Shown in pieces: positions 39,109 to 48,817 of a DNA stretch of 64,000 nt (its first letter is position 1; the number at the start of each line of letters is the position of its first letter). The translations under genes were made by a program, and so were the position numbers. This stretch comes from an uncultured Thermodesulfobacteriota bacterium (GTDB taxonomy: Bacteria; Desulfobacterota; JAFDED01), in NCBI GenBank assembly GCA_964611635.1, contig CAZTAS010000002.1, positions 12,720 through 76,719 on the forward strand, read 5' to 3'. The notes beneath the pieces were generated by a model, which saw only the letters and a list, made by a program, of their open reading frames with translations, searched no databases and was not told where the DNA came from.

Positions 39109-39286
39109 TTGCCCTTGCTGCGCGAACCCCAGGTGGTCGCTAATTTCCAGGGAGGTTCGCGCTACAATGATTTAGGTATGTTGCGTCGAATAAAACGTTT
39201 TGGGTTCGCTTGTTGGTGGGTAAGGAAAGGAGGTTCGCGAAAAAGCCATCTGGAAGCCTTGGTTGAAGAGGCTTTTCAAAGAGAGG

Positions 39287-39539
39287 ATTACACCGTGGAC
39301 ACACTCCACGGCCCCATTGAAGCTCGTATGGAAAAACCGCGTAAAGTATTATGATTCCGTTACACCGTGGACACACTCCACGGCCCCATTGAAGCATGTC
39401 CTGCTGGAGCCTTGCGACATTCGCGCCAATGTTACACCGTGGACACACTCCACGGCCCCATTGAAGCGCATAGCTGATTCTGATATTGCACATGGCATTA
39501 TTGTTACACCGTGGACACACTCCACGGCCCCATTGAAGC
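39287..39539 (+). CRISPR. CRISPR mini-array: 4 intact 37-nt repeats and 3 spacers of 35 nt, plus a 34-nt fourth spacer and a degenerate terminal repeat (39574-39610)
   Basis: The repeat is GTTACACCGTGGACACACTCCACGGCCCCATTGAAGC, at 39287 (first base A), 39359, 39431 and 39503. It has an internal 7-bp stem (CCGTGGA/TCCACGG) with a 5-nt loop. The 3' end ATTGAAGC resembles the ATTGAAAC end of type I-C/I-U repeats, which supports plus-strand transcription. GTTACA at 39574 starts a decayed fifth repeat. Confidence 0.9.
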
Positions 39540-39833
39540 GTTTGGGTTACATCATCTATAGCGGTTGCGCCTTGTTACATAATGGTTGCTTGTTTTTTTA
39601 TGGATAAAATTTGAATTCTATTTTTTTATTGTAATATTCATAGGATATTATAGAAAGAAAAGGCTTCCGAGATGTCTATCAGTATTTTCCCTATCGCATC
39701 TTATCAATATAGGACTGGTCATCTTCGAGATCGAGTTGTGAAGACCCAAATTATCTTGCCTTTTATTGAATGCCTTAAAAATCCCTCTAGAAGCTCTGAA
39801 AGCATCAGCTTTACGTCTTCTATGGCAACCGCT

Positions 39834-40751
39834 TCAGGAAATTCGGGCCAGTGCCTGGGCCTTTCTACTTTCCACGGCCTGGATGGCCTCGGCCCGTTCA
39901 ATGATTTTTTTAGAACGATAATACACGGGGATGTCCACCATCTTTCCATCCAGCCCAACCGAAGCAGTCCCTCGTTGGACTCCCTCCTCGAACGCCTGGA
40001 CTACTCGTCGTGCATGCTCGATGCTTTCGGGAGATGGTGAAAACACCTGATGGAGAATATTAATCTGGTCAGGATGGATGCATCCCGATCCCTCGGTGCC
40101 CAGTTGTCTTCCACGGATAACTGCTCGCTTGAACCCTTCCAGATCCCGAAAATCTGCCACACTCCCCAGCAGCCCGATGGCCATGATCCCCTTAGCCTTG
40201 CAGATAGCCACCACCTTGGATACTGCATAAATGAGCTCCACACCATCCTCAGACGGCTCCACCCCCAGCCCAAAACAGTAATCTTCAGGCCCCACTCCCA
40301 TGGAGTCAATGCGGGAGCAGGCCTTTGCGATAGATTGAGCATGGAGCAGCCCCAGCGGCGTTTCAATGCGAGCAGAAATGGTGATGGACTTTGGGGGTAT
40401 ACCGCGTTCCCTTTCCTTTGCCTCGATCAGGGCATCAAGGGTATGCACCTGTTCTGGGGACTCGACCTTGGGCAAATGGATCCCGGCAAGCCCCGGAAAC
40501 ACGACTGCATCTATGTCCTCGTAAATTAAATCGGGATCATTATTGACCCGTACCAGCACTTCACCACCTCCGCGTGCAACCATAGGGATAGCTTCGCGAA
40601 CAAGCTTCCGGGCACCGGCCTTTTCCGCATAGGGAATGGAGTCCTCCAGGTCCAGACAGATGGCATCTGCCCCACGTGCATGAGCTTTTTCCACAAACTT
40701 GCGCACATTTACGGGAAATATCAACATTGACCTTCGAATCTTCAGACACAT
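39834..40751 (-). CDS. HpcH/HpaI aldolase - citrate lyase beta (CitE)-like acyl-CoA lyase
   Basis: RRSMLIFPVN...ADAICLDLEDSIP is the CitE/malyl-CoA-lyase-type N-terminal motif. 305 aa. Confidence 0.8.
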   Translation of the reverse strand: MCLKIRRSMLIFPVNVRKFVEKAHARGADAICLDLEDSIPYAEKAGARKLVREAIPMVARGGGEVLVRVNNDPDLIYEDIDAVVFPGLAGIHLPKVESPEQVHTLDALIEAKERERGIPPKSITISARIETPLGLLHAQSIAKACSRIDSMGVGPEDYCFGLGVEPSEDGVELIYAVSKVVAICKAKGIMAIGLLGSVADFRDLEGFKRAVIRGRQLGTEGSGCIHPDQINILHQVFSPSPESIEHARRVVQAFEEGVQRGTASVGLDGKMVDIPVYYRSKKIIERAEAIQAVESRKAQALARIS

Positions 40752-41295
40752 TTAAAGCTCCTTTTATAATCGAGAAAAGCTTTTAGTAACAGCGATCTCA
40801 TCGGGTTAATAACGAAATAAATACATTCCTTGTGATATGTTTGCATAAAAATCAGCCCTTTTTTCATTACCTCCTTGGCGATATTCAAGCGGAATCGGAA
40901 AAATGGATAGTGGCCTGTAATGTGGCAGAGATTAATCCATCGAAGAATATGGAGAAGCTTCCCTGAGACACCATCAGCTATTGGAGCAGAATTACTTCGG
41001 CCCGGGGTCCTGGCACTAAATCCAGGATGAGGAACGTCATGTGATAATCCAATTTTCGTGCAAAGCAGCCAATCATACCAAAGAACTGTATCACCCATGC
41101 TGGAAAGAAACTGAAGCTGGAATCATAGATACCGGTGATGCACAGAATGAGTGATATAATGAGTGCGCCTGGCCAATGCCATGAAAAAAAGAGCTGAACA
41201 TCCGCTCTTACTAATTTTCTTATTTATGGCTGCACAAATTCTCTTTGTTAGAACAGATATCCAAGTTCTGAATCAAGACTCTCCATGAGCAAGGG

Positions 41296-43452
41296 TTATA
41301 GGGATGGCAGAACCATCCGACAGTCCAGCAGCCTGACGCCCTTTCCTTCGGGCAAGACCTTGATAGGATTGAAATCCATTGAAGAAACCCGGTCCTTGAG
41401 GGCGCACGCTATCGAGGAGAACCTCACCATAATGTCCAACAAGGCTTGGGTGTCCAGAGGCGGCTTGCCTCGAGTGCCGCTGAGAACCTTTGTCAGGCCG
41501 GGAATCTCATGTATCATTTCCCGGGCATCTTGCTGTCCAATCGGGCAGACTCGCCAGGATCCTAGGTCGAGAGCCTCAACGAAGATACCACCCCACCCTA
41601 GCATCAAGATTGGCCCAAAGAGCGGATCTATGGAAACTCCGAGGATGAGCTCAACGCCTTCGGAAATCATCTTTTGCACCATGATGCCGTTGAGTGTTAT
41701 CGGAGGATCTAGAGATCTCCAATTGACCATCATTTCATCAAAAGCCCGGTTGAATTCATTTTCTCCCTTTATATTTAAATAAACGCCCTTGCATTCGGTC
41801 TTGTGCAGGATCTGGGGTGAATCCATCTTCAGCACCACTGGATATCCGAGCTCATTTGCCTTGGCCCTGGCAGAGTCTAGTGATTGACTCATGATGCTTG
41901 GGCAAAAGGGCAAACCCAGAGGCGCAAGAATTTCACGACATCGTCCTTCCGGCAGCGTGTTGCTGGACTCCCGAGCCAGAGAAGCCCGGACTTTCTCTAT
42001 ACGGGAGTCTGAAGGTGGCAGCATGAAGGAGGGCTCTTTCTTTTTCCCAGGGTCGTGATGCTTTTGCAAGACTTTGTAGTAATTGCGGAGATGCCTCAGA
42101 GCTTTTATACATTTCACGGGAGATATGAATACCGGCATACCTCCGGCTCGAAGGGTCGGCAACCCTTCCGTATCAAATTCGCTGTGAGTCCAGACGAACA
42201 AGAGCGGTTTGTCGGTTTCCTCAGCTGCTTTAATGACATTTTCGGCGAAATCCTTTTTCCCCCTCGTGGCCAGTATCACTGAATCAACGTTAGGGTCTTG
42301 GATGACCATACGCAAGATTTCGGGGAACCGGGGGCTTTGGGCAAAACCTGTAAGGTCCAATGGGTTCTCGCAAGAACCCCATCCCTGGAGTATCTTTTCG
42401 ATCTTTGCCGTCGTTTCTTCCGAAAGGCTGGGGACATGGAAACCCGCACTGGCACACTCGTCGCTCAGGAAGGTGCATATCCCGCCTGAATGTGAGATGA
42501 TACCCACCCTATCATCCTTGGGAAACTTCCCTTTTGAAAACAGCTTGGCTACCTCGCACAACTCGTCATAATCATCCACTCGAACCACACCCTTCTGCTT
42601 GAAAAACCCTTCGTGAACTTTAAAGCTTCCGGTGATGGCAGCAGTGTGGGTAAGTGCCGCTCTGCCACCCACCTCAGATCGCCCCATTTTCATCAAAATA
42701 ATGGGCTTTTTTCTCTCTAGCGCCAAGTCCGCAACTGCCTTGATCTTTTCCCCTTCCTTGAAACCTTCGATGAAAGAGGCGATCACGCGCACCTCAGGGT
42801 CATCCAGCATGAATCGAATGAAATCCGCACTCTCCAGATTGGCCTCGTTCCCCGTGGAGACAACGTATTTTAGCCCTGCTCCCCGATCCTTTGCTTTCGC
42901 CAGAATAGGCCCAAAGGCCGTGGCACCGCTTTGGGAAACCACCCCAATGGGACCATGATCGGGGAGTAAATTAAGTATTCCTGAGCCTGAATTGGCATGG
43001 ATTTTTTCTTTCACATTGGATATGCCCAGGCAATTGGGGCCGCAGATATAAATGCCGTTATCCCTGGCCAACTGCTGCAACTGCTTTTGTCGATCGATGC
43101 CCGTTTGCCCGTCGCGTTCCGAAAACCCCGCGCTGATAATTACCACGGATCGGATCCCCTTTTCCACACACTGGCTGAGGGCTTGCAAGACTAAACGGGC
43201 GGGGATTATTATTACGGCAAAGTCAACCATCTCCTCGATTTCCATAACGTTTGAATAGCACGGCATGCCGCGCACTTTAGAACGCGTTGGGTTCACCGGA
43301 AAGACCTTGCCCCGGAATCCGCCATCCATAAGGTTCTCAATTATTCTACCTCCATACCCCGCACCTTCAGTTGCTCCAATAATGGCTATGGATCGAGGTT
43401 CCAGAAAATTTCGCATCAACTTGTCAAAATCTTGGGGCCATTGGAATCCCAT
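41296..43452 (-). CDS. ADP-forming (NDP-forming) acyl-CoA synthetase, fused alpha/beta domains
   Basis: 718 aa. The CoA-binding N-terminus is PRSIAIIGATEGAGYGG...VFPVNP. A SucD-like ligase-CoA domain follows, and the C-terminus is an ATP-grasp domain (GYPVVLKMDSPQILHKTE). Confidence 0.85.
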   Translation of the reverse strand: MGFQWPQDFDKLMRNFLEPRSIAIIGATEGAGYGGRIIENLMDGGFRGKVFPVNPTRSKVRGMPCYSNVMEIEEMVDFAVIIIPARLVLQALSQCVEKGIRSVVIISAGFSERDGQTGIDRQKQLQQLARDNGIYICGPNCLGISNVKEKIHANSGSGILNLLPDHGPIGVVSQSGATAFGPILAKAKDRGAGLKYVVSTGNEANLESADFIRFMLDDPEVRVIASFIEGFKEGEKIKAVADLALERKKPIILMKMGRSEVGGRAALTHTAAITGSFKVHEGFFKQKGVVRVDDYDELCEVAKLFSKGKFPKDDRVGIISHSGGICTFLSDECASAGFHVPSLSEETTAKIEKILQGWGSCENPLDLTGFAQSPRFPEILRMVIQDPNVDSVILATRGKKDFAENVIKAAEETDKPLLFVWTHSEFDTEGLPTLRAGGMPVFISPVKCIKALRHLRNYYKVLQKHHDPGKKKEPSFMLPPSDSRIEKVRASLARESSNTLPEGRCREILAPLGLPFCPSIMSQSLDSARAKANELGYPVVLKMDSPQILHKTECKGVYLNIKGENEFNRAFDEMMVNWRSLDPPITLNGIMVQKMISEGVELILGVSIDPLFGPILMLGWGGIFVEALDLGSWRVCPIGQQDAREMIHEIPGLTKVLSGTRGKPPLDTQALLDIMVRFSSIACALKDRVSSMDFNPIKVLPEGKGVRLLDCRMVLPSL

Positions 43453-43887
43453 ATTTATCTCCTAACTTAGTGCTTTATTTTATAATTACGGTGTCGTATT
43501 TTGGGCTGCCGAAAATTGAGCACCTATTTTCTGGAACACAATCTGATTAGATAATTTTCTATGAGTTATGCAAAATTAATGGGATGGCCGTGCTGCATTT
43601 TTCCATTCCTTAATGGGGTGCCACGGGCAAAGCCGCAGGCTTGCCCGTGTCTTCACATACCAGGTTTCACCGGCGATCCTTCGGCTCTGCCAGTGAAACC
43701 CAAACGTATTATATGGAATAAGAAGTTTTAGGAGGATACCGCCCGTATACGTAACACAATTTGTGAAATAAAGCACTTAGTAAAGCTGATGAAGTACACA
43801 GAGCATCCTCGCGTGCGATAACCCATATCTTTGCGGATCCCCAAATCTTTCTTATATTACCCTCGCCATAAAATGGGAAAGAAGCTC

Positions 43888-45489
43888 TTAACGAATCATG
43901 TAAGGCATCCGAACCTCAAGAGCCTCCACCGGGCATTCGATCTCGCAGGGCAGGCAGTACCAGCAGGTCCGGTTAACTTCGTCCGGATAGCCGCAATTAA
44001 GGCACCGCTCCGCCTCGGCTCTGGCATCTTTTGCATCCAGCGTTTTTTCTACCTCGTTCTTTAAGTCTCTTTTATCAAGGGGCAGGCGGGGAAGTGGCGC
44101 CCGAACGCGTTGGAGGGCTCCGGAGCGGTTGATGGGAAAGTCGGTGATGCACGTGCCATCCCAGTATGCCCGCCCCCATCCAAGAGTCTCTCCTCTCAGC
44201 ATCCGGTCGATGGAGACGGCGGCCTCCTTTCCGTTTGCCATGGCCTCGATGACGGAGCTTGAGCCGAAGACCGCATCTCCTCCCGCAAAGACTTTGGGGC
44301 GCCTTGTTTGCATGGTCACCCGATCCGCGATGATTGTTAGTTTTGTTTCGTCCAAGAGCTCGGCAGGAATGCCTGAATGCTCAGGTCTCTGCCCTATGGC
44401 CACCACCACCGATTGCGCCGAGGGGGCAAGGCCGCATGCCTCCTCCAGTGTGGGGCAGAACTGGCCCAGGTCATCGAAAACCCTAATGCAGCGCGACAGC
44501 TCCATCTTGAGCCGGCCCTCATCCTGTCGGGATATTTTCCTCGGCCCCCAGCAATCCTGGATGTGGATTCCTTCCTCAATGGCCTCTGCCAGCTCCGCCT
44601 GGAATGCGGGCATTTTGTCCTCCTCCTCCAGGCATACGATGCTGACGTCCTGAACCCCCAGCTTGCGGCATGTCAGCGCCACGTCCACTGCGGTGTTACC
44701 GCCTCCGATAACGATGGTGCTTCTTCCGAGACGGGGGGGCCTTCCCTGCCGGACTTCACGGAGCAGCTCAATCCCCTGGTGCACGTTTTCCAGCTCTTCG
44801 CCGGAGATGCCCAGCCGTGCCGCAGGCCCTGCCCCCGTGGCCAGAAACACCGCATCCCATTCGCGCTCCAATTGATCCAGCTCCAGCTCTCTCCCCAGAG
44901 CCCGGCCGGTCTGAAACATCACGTTCATCTTTTCCAGCATTCCAATGGAATGCGCAATTTCCTCCCCGGGGAGCCGAAAGGCAGGAATTCCCCAGCGCAG
45001 CAACCCTCCCGGCTCGGGGGCCGAGTCGAAGACAGTCGCGGAATGGCCCTGAACGGCCAGATCATGGGCAGCCATAAGCCCGGCGGGGCCCGATCCCACA
45101 ACGGCTACCCGCTTCCCGCTCTTTTGATTAACCTGGACGGGCTCGTGTGTAATCTCGGGCAGAGTATCGGCCAGGTATCTCTTCAAGGCGCGGATATGAA
45201 CGGCCTGATCGTCAACCTTCAGCCGCTCGCAGTGCTCTTCGCAAGGGTGGTTGCAGACTCTCCCCACAATCCCTCCAAATGGGAGATCTTTCCGCATCTC
45301 CTGAGCCGCCTCTTTTTCTTTGCCCTGTGCGATCAGGCGGATATAGCCCTGGCAGTTCATGTGTATGGGGCAGCCAGCGCGGCATGGCGCCAGGTACATG
45401 CGAAGGTTATCCATAATGCATCGTTCGATGCAAATGCCACAGACGTAACAGGTATCCCTTTTGACGATAATATTGCCGTTAGATCTCAT
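43888..45489 (-). CDS. GltD-like NAD(P)H-dependent oxidoreductase with N- and C-terminal Fe-S domains
   Basis: The first Rossmann motif is VAVVGSGPAGLMAAHDL and the second nucleotide fold is TIVIGGGNTAVD. N-terminal Cys clusters are CYVCGICIERC, CRAGCP and CNHPCEEHC. The C-terminal cluster is CLNCG...CLPCEIECP. The pattern is that of the glutamate synthase small-subunit family. Confidence 0.8.
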   Translation of the reverse strand: MRSNGNIIVKRDTCYVCGICIERCIMDNLRMYLAPCRAGCPIHMNCQGYIRLIAQGKEKEAAQEMRKDLPFGGIVGRVCNHPCEEHCERLKVDDQAVHIRALKRYLADTLPEITHEPVQVNQKSGKRVAVVGSGPAGLMAAHDLAVQGHSATVFDSAPEPGGLLRWGIPAFRLPGEEIAHSIGMLEKMNVMFQTGRALGRELELDQLEREWDAVFLATGAGPAARLGISGEELENVHQGIELLREVRQGRPPRLGRSTIVIGGGNTAVDVALTCRKLGVQDVSIVCLEEEDKMPAFQAELAEAIEEGIHIQDCWGPRKISRQDEGRLKMELSRCIRVFDDLGQFCPTLEEACGLAPSAQSVVVAIGQRPEHSGIPAELLDETKLTIIADRVTMQTRRPKVFAGGDAVFGSSSVIEAMANGKEAAVSIDRMLRGETLGWGRAYWDGTCITDFPINRSGALQRVRAPLPRLPLDKRDLKNEVEKTLDAKDARAEAERCLNCGYPDEVNRTCWYCLPCEIECPVEALEVRMPYMIR

Positions 45490-45501
45490 ATCTCTCTTCC
45501 T

Positions 45502-47187
45502 TCAGGTTGGCAGATTACGGTTCAGGTGGCGCTTAGCAACAGTTATCTCTGCAGGATCTTCCCCGCGACGAATATCGATATGGCAAAGCCACCTCTTATC
45601 ATCCCGCTCCGGGTAATCGGTGCGATGGTGAGCATTTCCCCAACGGCTTTCTTTTCGCTCGAGGGCGGCCATGGCGGAAAATGTCGCACATCTGAGGATG
45701 TTCTCCGCCTCGAAGAGCTTGGAGAGCTCGTGCCCATTGGTGACCGCCACCTCTTTTTCAATCTCGTGCTCAAAGCGCTTTGCCCATTCCAGCCATCTAT
45801 TAAGCTTGTATGCGTTCTTGGGAGATACCACATAGTCGTTGATCAGCCGCCGCATCTTGTACTCAAGGTCATGGACATCGATGAGCTTGTCGGCATGGGA
45901 CAAGCGGCGGTTGCAAAGCATTTGAATATCATCAACCTGTGCGGAGTCAAGCCCTGGTTGGGGGTTCGAGCGCACGAAGCGGGCAGCCTGCTCAGCGGCA
46001 ATCTCACCGAAGATGAAGGCTCCCGTCAGATGTCCCTTGGCCACGCAAGCCACATCCCCCGCAGCATAAAGACCTGGCACGCCGGTTTCCGCCCGCTCGT
46101 TCACCACTATACCCGTCATCCCGTGCCCGCCGCAGAGTTGATTTTCAGTGGGCCAGAGCTCGATGTCGTTTTTCCGAAAATCAATATTTCGCCCTTTAAA
46201 AAATCGCTGCTGGACAGGGCGCTCCGTGGTGAAAAGAATGTCCTCGATCTCCTGAATGGTCTGTTCGGGCAAATGGCTGAGCCGTATGCGCAGGGGCCCC
46301 CATCCCATGTTGAACGCTTCGGCTGCCTTATTGCGATCGTGGCAGCTCCACTCCATGAGGATATTGTCAAAGATATCCATCATCCTTCCACCGCGGGTAA
46401 TAGTAATGGCCAGCAGAGGCATATTGGCGTCTTTGATGAGCATACTCCTGCGAGCATGTTCCATTCCTGTCAAGGGTGCCCCGGCCAGGAAGCCCATCAC
46501 GTAGCCGTCCCCGGTATTTCCCGGGTAATCAAAGGTTCCGTAAAGGTAGCCCGAGTTGGGGAGGCCGAATCGGGCGGTCCCACCGCTGGAGAGGATCACC
46601 GCACCGGCGCGGCAGACTACCAGTTCCCCGGTGCGCACATTGATCCCCACTGCCCCGGCCACGCGGCCCTCATCCATCAGGGCTCTAAGCCCCATGGTGC
46701 GGTTCACCGCCATGGCCCCTTTCTCCAGTGCTTTGGTAGAGATAATAACCTTGAGGTCGGGCTCCTCCATGGCGGTCAGGAATTTACCAACCGGATGATA
46801 CTGAAGGGTGCGGTAATTGCCTTTTTCATCCTGGGGGAAGCGGACTCCCCACCCCTCCAGCTTTTTCAAAAGCTCAAAAGATCTTCGTGCCATCTCATAG
46901 CTGGGCGGTGCATCCAAGACACCGTTGCAGTTGAGTGTGCTAGATTCCACGTAAAGCTCCGGAGTGGTGAAATTGGGAATGGCAACTATGTTCAGCGCGT
47001 CCATCCCGCGGGCAATTGAGCCGCTGTACTTGATGTCCCCTTTTTCGAAAATCACCACCTTAAGGCCCGGATCCACTTCCAACACCCGGTTTGCGGCCAT
47101 GCATCCGGCACTACCTCCGCCGATAACGAGAATGTCAGCCTCTATATATCTGTTCTCCAAATTCTTATTCCTCATTGCCTGTTGCAT
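45502..47187 (-). CDS. FAD-binding flavoprotein of the fumarate reductase/succinate dehydrogenase/AprA-like family
   Basis: The dinucleotide fold is DILVIGGGSAGCMAANR. SSGGTARFG and GLYAAGDVA are FAD_binding_2-type blocks. 561 aa. There is a 12-nt gap to the downstream GltD-like gene. Confidence 0.75.
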   Translation of the reverse strand: MQQAMRNKNLENRYIEADILVIGGGSAGCMAANRVLEVDPGLKVVIFEKGDIKYSGSIARGMDALNIVAIPNFTTPELYVESSTLNCNGVLDAPPSYEMARRSFELLKKLEGWGVRFPQDEKGNYRTLQYHPVGKFLTAMEEPDLKVIISTKALEKGAMAVNRTMGLRALMDEGRVAGAVGINVRTGELVVCRAGAVILSSGGTARFGLPNSGYLYGTFDYPGNTGDGYVMGFLAGAPLTGMEHARRSMLIKDANMPLLAITITRGGRMMDIFDNILMEWSCHDRNKAAEAFNMGWGPLRIRLSHLPEQTIQEIEDILFTTERPVQQRFFKGRNIDFRKNDIELWPTENQLCGGHGMTGIVVNERAETGVPGLYAAGDVACVAKGHLTGAFIFGEIAAEQAARFVRSNPQPGLDSAQVDDIQMLCNRRLSHADKLIDVHDLEYKMRRLINDYVVSPKNAYKLNRWLEWAKRFEHEIEKEVAVTNGHELSKLFEAENILRCATFSAMAALERKESRWGNAHHRTDYPERDDKRWLCHIDIRRGEDPAEITVAKRHLNRNLPT

Positions 47188-47258
47188 TACACTGCAAAAG
47201 TTATTTTATAAAGTGATCAATAACCCTTACCCTCCGCGCAACCCAAATGTTCAATTTA

Positions 47259-48815
47259 TTAACCGTCAATTTCAGTAGCTTCTTCAACTCCTCTTTGGAC
47301 CATCGATAGCCGCTGGGATACCTGAAATTTTATGGAAAGAAAAGTAAGTATGATGCATGAAATCAACAATCCTATGGAAAGCGGGCTGTTCAACAGGGCC
47401 TGAAGCCAGTCGCCCCGAGAAATAAGCAATGCTCTCCGTAAATTGGCCTCCATCATCGGGGTAATTAAAAAGGTAATGACAAGAGGAGCATCCGGGATTC
47501 CAAGAAGCCTCAAACCATAACCCACGAAACCCATGACCAACATAATGATCACATCGTAAGGATTTCCGCGAAAGGAGTAGCTGCCAATAATGGCCATAAT
47601 TAAAATCAGGGGGATTAACATCGGCTTAGGAAGCTCCCCCAGCCTGGCATAAAGGCCGGCAAACAGGCGCCCGATTGCCAGGTTGAATACATTTCCAGCA
47701 AGCAAGATAATGAAGAGGGAGTATACAATCACGGGATACAATTCGAACATCCTGGGAGAGGGTGTTGCTCCCTGAAGCATCAAAGCCCCTCCTATAAGGG
47801 CTGCAGTGGAGCTTCCTGGAATTCCGAACGCCAGTAAAGGAATCAGCGTGGGCCCAACGGTTGCGTTATTGCCTGCCTCGGCAGCAGCCACCCCTTCCAG
47901 CACACCGGTCCCTAATTTTTTCTTTGGGGAAACCTGCTTGGCTACACTGTAAGATAAAAACGCCCCCACTGTGGCTCCCAATCCTGGTAACATCCCCACA
48001 AAAGAGCCCACGAAGAGGCCGATGAGCATTTCCTTCCAGGTTCGTATGTACTCCTTGAAGGACAGACCTTCTCCTCTTTTCATGATCCATTTTGAAATGC
48101 TTTCTTTAGCCATGCTGGGTACCGAACTCTCCTTTAATAGCTTAACAGCTTCCTCCAGCATCCTGGAAACTGCAAATATCCCTATCATAAGGGGAATAAG
48201 ATGAATACCATCCTGCAACCACCACAGGCCGAAGGTCATCCTGGATACGTAACCCACTGGATCTGTCCCGATTGTCCCGAGAAAAACTCCGAGTGAGGCA
48301 CTGATCAATCCCTTTGTCGGGTGAGAACCGCTCAATGCACCAAGCAAGGCAAAAGCAAGAACGACGAGCCAGAAGCGCTCTGACGGTCCAAACTTAAGCG
48401 CTATCATAGCCAGGGGCGGGGCAACCGCAATGGTAATTACATCGCTCAGGGTATCCCCAGTCACGGAAGCATATAAGGCCATTAAAATGGCCTTTCGTCC
48501 TTTGCCACTCTGCATCAGCTTATAACCGTCATAGATGGTGGCAGCAGCTTCAGGGGTCCCCGGAGTGGCAAAGCTGATGGCGGAAATTGAGCCACCGTAT
48601 ACAGCCCCTTTATATAATCCGATACAGAGACCCAGAGCCGAGGCAGTATCCATCGTAAAGGTGAGGGGAAGCATGATTGCAACACCCGTTGCGGCAGTGA
48701 GGCCTGGTATCGCTCCCACGCCCACTCCGATAGTAACCCCTATGACCATCCAGTATAAGACATGCAGTGAAAATACAATGTGAAATGCTTCGATAATGGC
48801 ATCCGGTTGAAACAC
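47259..48815 (-). CDS. tctA: TctA-family large permease
   Basis: 518 aa, polytopic. GAIPGLT, GIPGSSTA and PGLGATVGA motifs. Confidence 0.9.
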   Translation of the reverse strand: MFQPDAIIEAFHIVFSLHVLYWMVIGVTIGVGVGAIPGLTAATGVAIMLPLTFTMDTASALGLCIGLYKGAVYGGSISAISFATPGTPEAAATIYDGYKLMQSGKGRKAILMALYASVTGDTLSDVITIAVAPPLAMIALKFGPSERFWLVVLAFALLGALSGSHPTKGLISASLGVFLGTIGTDPVGYVSRMTFGLWWLQDGIHLIPLMIGIFAVSRMLEEAVKLLKESSVPSMAKESISKWIMKRGEGLSFKEYIRTWKEMLIGLFVGSFVGMLPGLGATVGAFLSYSVAKQVSPKKKLGTGVLEGVAAAEAGNNATVGPTLIPLLAFGIPGSSTAALIGGALMLQGATPSPRMFELYPVIVYSLFIILLAGNVFNLAIGRLFAGLYARLGELPKPMLIPLILIMAIIGSYSFRGNPYDVIIMLVMGFVGYGLRLLGIPDAPLVITFLITPMMEANLRRALLISRGDWLQALLNSPLSIGLLISCIILTFLSIKFQVSQRLSMVQRGVEEATEIDG

Positions 48816-48817
48816 TT

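Noticed and set aside
39324-39573. A check for self-targeting by the four CRISPR spacers within this window.
   Set aside because: I found no match by eye to the IS remnants or other regions here. A visual scan of 64 kb is not exhaustive, so this needs a BLASTN run.
39109-39607. ORFs 39109-39354 (+), 39263-39607 (+) and 39140-39520 (-), with the repeated peptides TPWTHSTAPLK and LQWGRGVCPRCN.
   Set aside because: The periodic peptides are simply translations of the 37-nt CRISPR repeat. These are not genes.
40742-41295. A 118-aa minus-strand ORF (40742-41098), plus a start-less hydrophobic reading frame further upstream (...WHWPGALIISLILCITGIYDSSFSFFPAWVIQFFGMIGCF...).
   Set aside because: There are no recognisable motifs. 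The first ORF overlaps the CitE-like start region, and the second has no start codon after its preceding stop. This could be gene debris, but I cannot support a call.
44377-47019. An 880-aa ORF on the plus strand.
   Set aside because: It lies antisense to two well-supported minus-strand genes with clear GxGxxG/FAD and Fe-S signatures, and it spans their 12-nt intergenic gap. Its product is low-complexity (rich in R, P, G, H and L) with no recognisable motif or RBS. It is a shadow ORF.
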